Origin: Phoronis australis | Lineage: Eukaryota > Animalia > Phoronida | Assembly (NCBI GenBank): GCA_002633005.1 | Contig: NMRA01000372.1 | Location: 149,058-213,057 of the forward strand | DNA length: 64,000 bases | Reading direction: 5' to 3' | In this document: positions 62,830 to 64,000 of the stretch, in pieces | How the letters are laid out: each line of letters begins with the position of its first letter | Position numbering within the stretch: position 1 is the first letter of the stretch | The notes under the pieces: model-generated | Databases searched by the model: none | Seen by the model: only the letters and a program-made list of their open reading frames with translations | What the model was told of the DNA's origin: nothing | Program-made: the position numbers and the translations under genes

Positions 62830-62895
62830 TAGGGAGTATAAAGGCTCTGTACCATGGATGGCAGGGAGTATAAAGGCTCCGTACCATGGATGACA
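62830..62895. repeat. Tandem duplication of a ~32-bp unit
   Basis: AGGGAGTATAAAGGCTC.GTACCATGGATG occurs twice in succession. Confidence 0.85.
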
Positions 62896-64000
62896 GATGG
62901 GCAGACTGACTGAACATGTTTGCGATCAGTTGAATTCAACCAAATGGTTTGTGTCGTTGTTTGGAATTTGTTAGTCACACTTACATGTAATCCATGCACT
63001 CCGCCCTAAAACAACAACCACCCTGTGACATTAGGAAACCAAAAGCAGCACATACAGTATAAGCTACCAAAAACCGAACTAGACTAGAGGTACTAGGGTA
63101 TGTTTTTCCACTCAAACTAACTATGAATGCGAACAATACATAGAACCAACAGGCATTTTAAATTGGATCTCAAAGGACAAAGCCTGCCAAGGCAAGAGGC
63201 CAAGACCAGTAAACTTTGATGACATGGTGATAGGAAAGATTTTACAAAACACTGAAATCCCACTGCCTTCAATTACTATGCAAGCAGCAGGTGAACTGTA
63301 AGAAGGCTTTGAACTTTTTTCTACTGACAAAATTGCATACTGCCAACAAAGTGAGCCACAAGTTTGCTGCTATATATTAGAAATTTAAAAAGATTTTCCC
63401 AATGACACAAAGGGAATTAGCCACCAGTAATCGAATTTTGAATCCGGCCCAAAGTTCAAATTTTAATTGGTGGGTTTACGTGACTATTGCACAGTTATAA
63501 CATTGACGAGTGTACAATGTAAAGCACACACATGTCCCCCGCGTGCAAAAATATTGACTTGTAACTCTTTTTGATGCCCACCAGTTACAAGATAAACAAA
63601 CATTTGACCCCTTCAACAGCAGTACGCTAATAAGTTATACTTGGAAATCATGCCATTTCTTTTTTTCTGTTGATGGCAATCCCCAAATTTAACTTAAATG
63701 TCACAGGTTTTCCTATCCTGAGGTGACCTCAGGCACATAATTTTGTTGATAAAATCTTACTCTGATCTGGCCTTCAAATTGTTCCCATCCCCTGAATAAC
63801 ACGATGCAGAAGCACAATGCAACTCTGCCACAAGTCCTACAACAACAGTGATATTTTGGTCCTTACAACCATTCCGCACATTGAGAACCAGTTTTCTCCA
63901 CTCAGAAGCAGGTATCAAACTGGTTCTCAAAATCTGGGACTATTCAGGACATTCTGGTGACTAGGCAGGAGCTGCAGTAAATTTTGCCTAAAACAAGACA

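Overview
AT-rich, intron-containing, transposon-dense animal DNA from a draft assembly (two N-runs and several single-N joins). A marine invertebrate, probably a lophotrochozoan, is an inference from the repeat types and the TACATGTA excess. Host genes reconstructed by hand from splice sites: the last two exons of a Mab-21/cGAS-like receptor (cGLR, 14508-16599 +); a complete 3-exon Ly6/uPAR three-finger protein (39599-44484 +, 160 aa); a 2-exon GT10 alpha-1,3-fucosyltransferase (50133-~51432 +, cut by an N); a single-coding-exon SUI1-fold protein that looks more like YciH/mL49 than eukaryotic eIF1 (55048-55527 +); and a probable terminal exon of an unidentified gene (59619-59762 -). The first 14.5 kb is a nest of mobile elements: a decayed Academ-like (XPG/PIN) transposon, a young L1/Tx1-type LINE, two hAT5-like elements with 5-bp TSDs, a Kolobok element with an intact THAP ORF 90 bp upstream of the cGLR exon, and palindromes, one carrying a Penelope-type minimal hammerhead ribozyme motif. 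tRNA-derived SINEs, MITEs, a Helentron-type element and microsatellites occur throughout. The 1.16-kb tandem duplication at 47152-49471 is probably an assembly artefact. Most short ORFs in the supplied track appear spurious. All family assignments come from motif recognition by eye; no searches were run.
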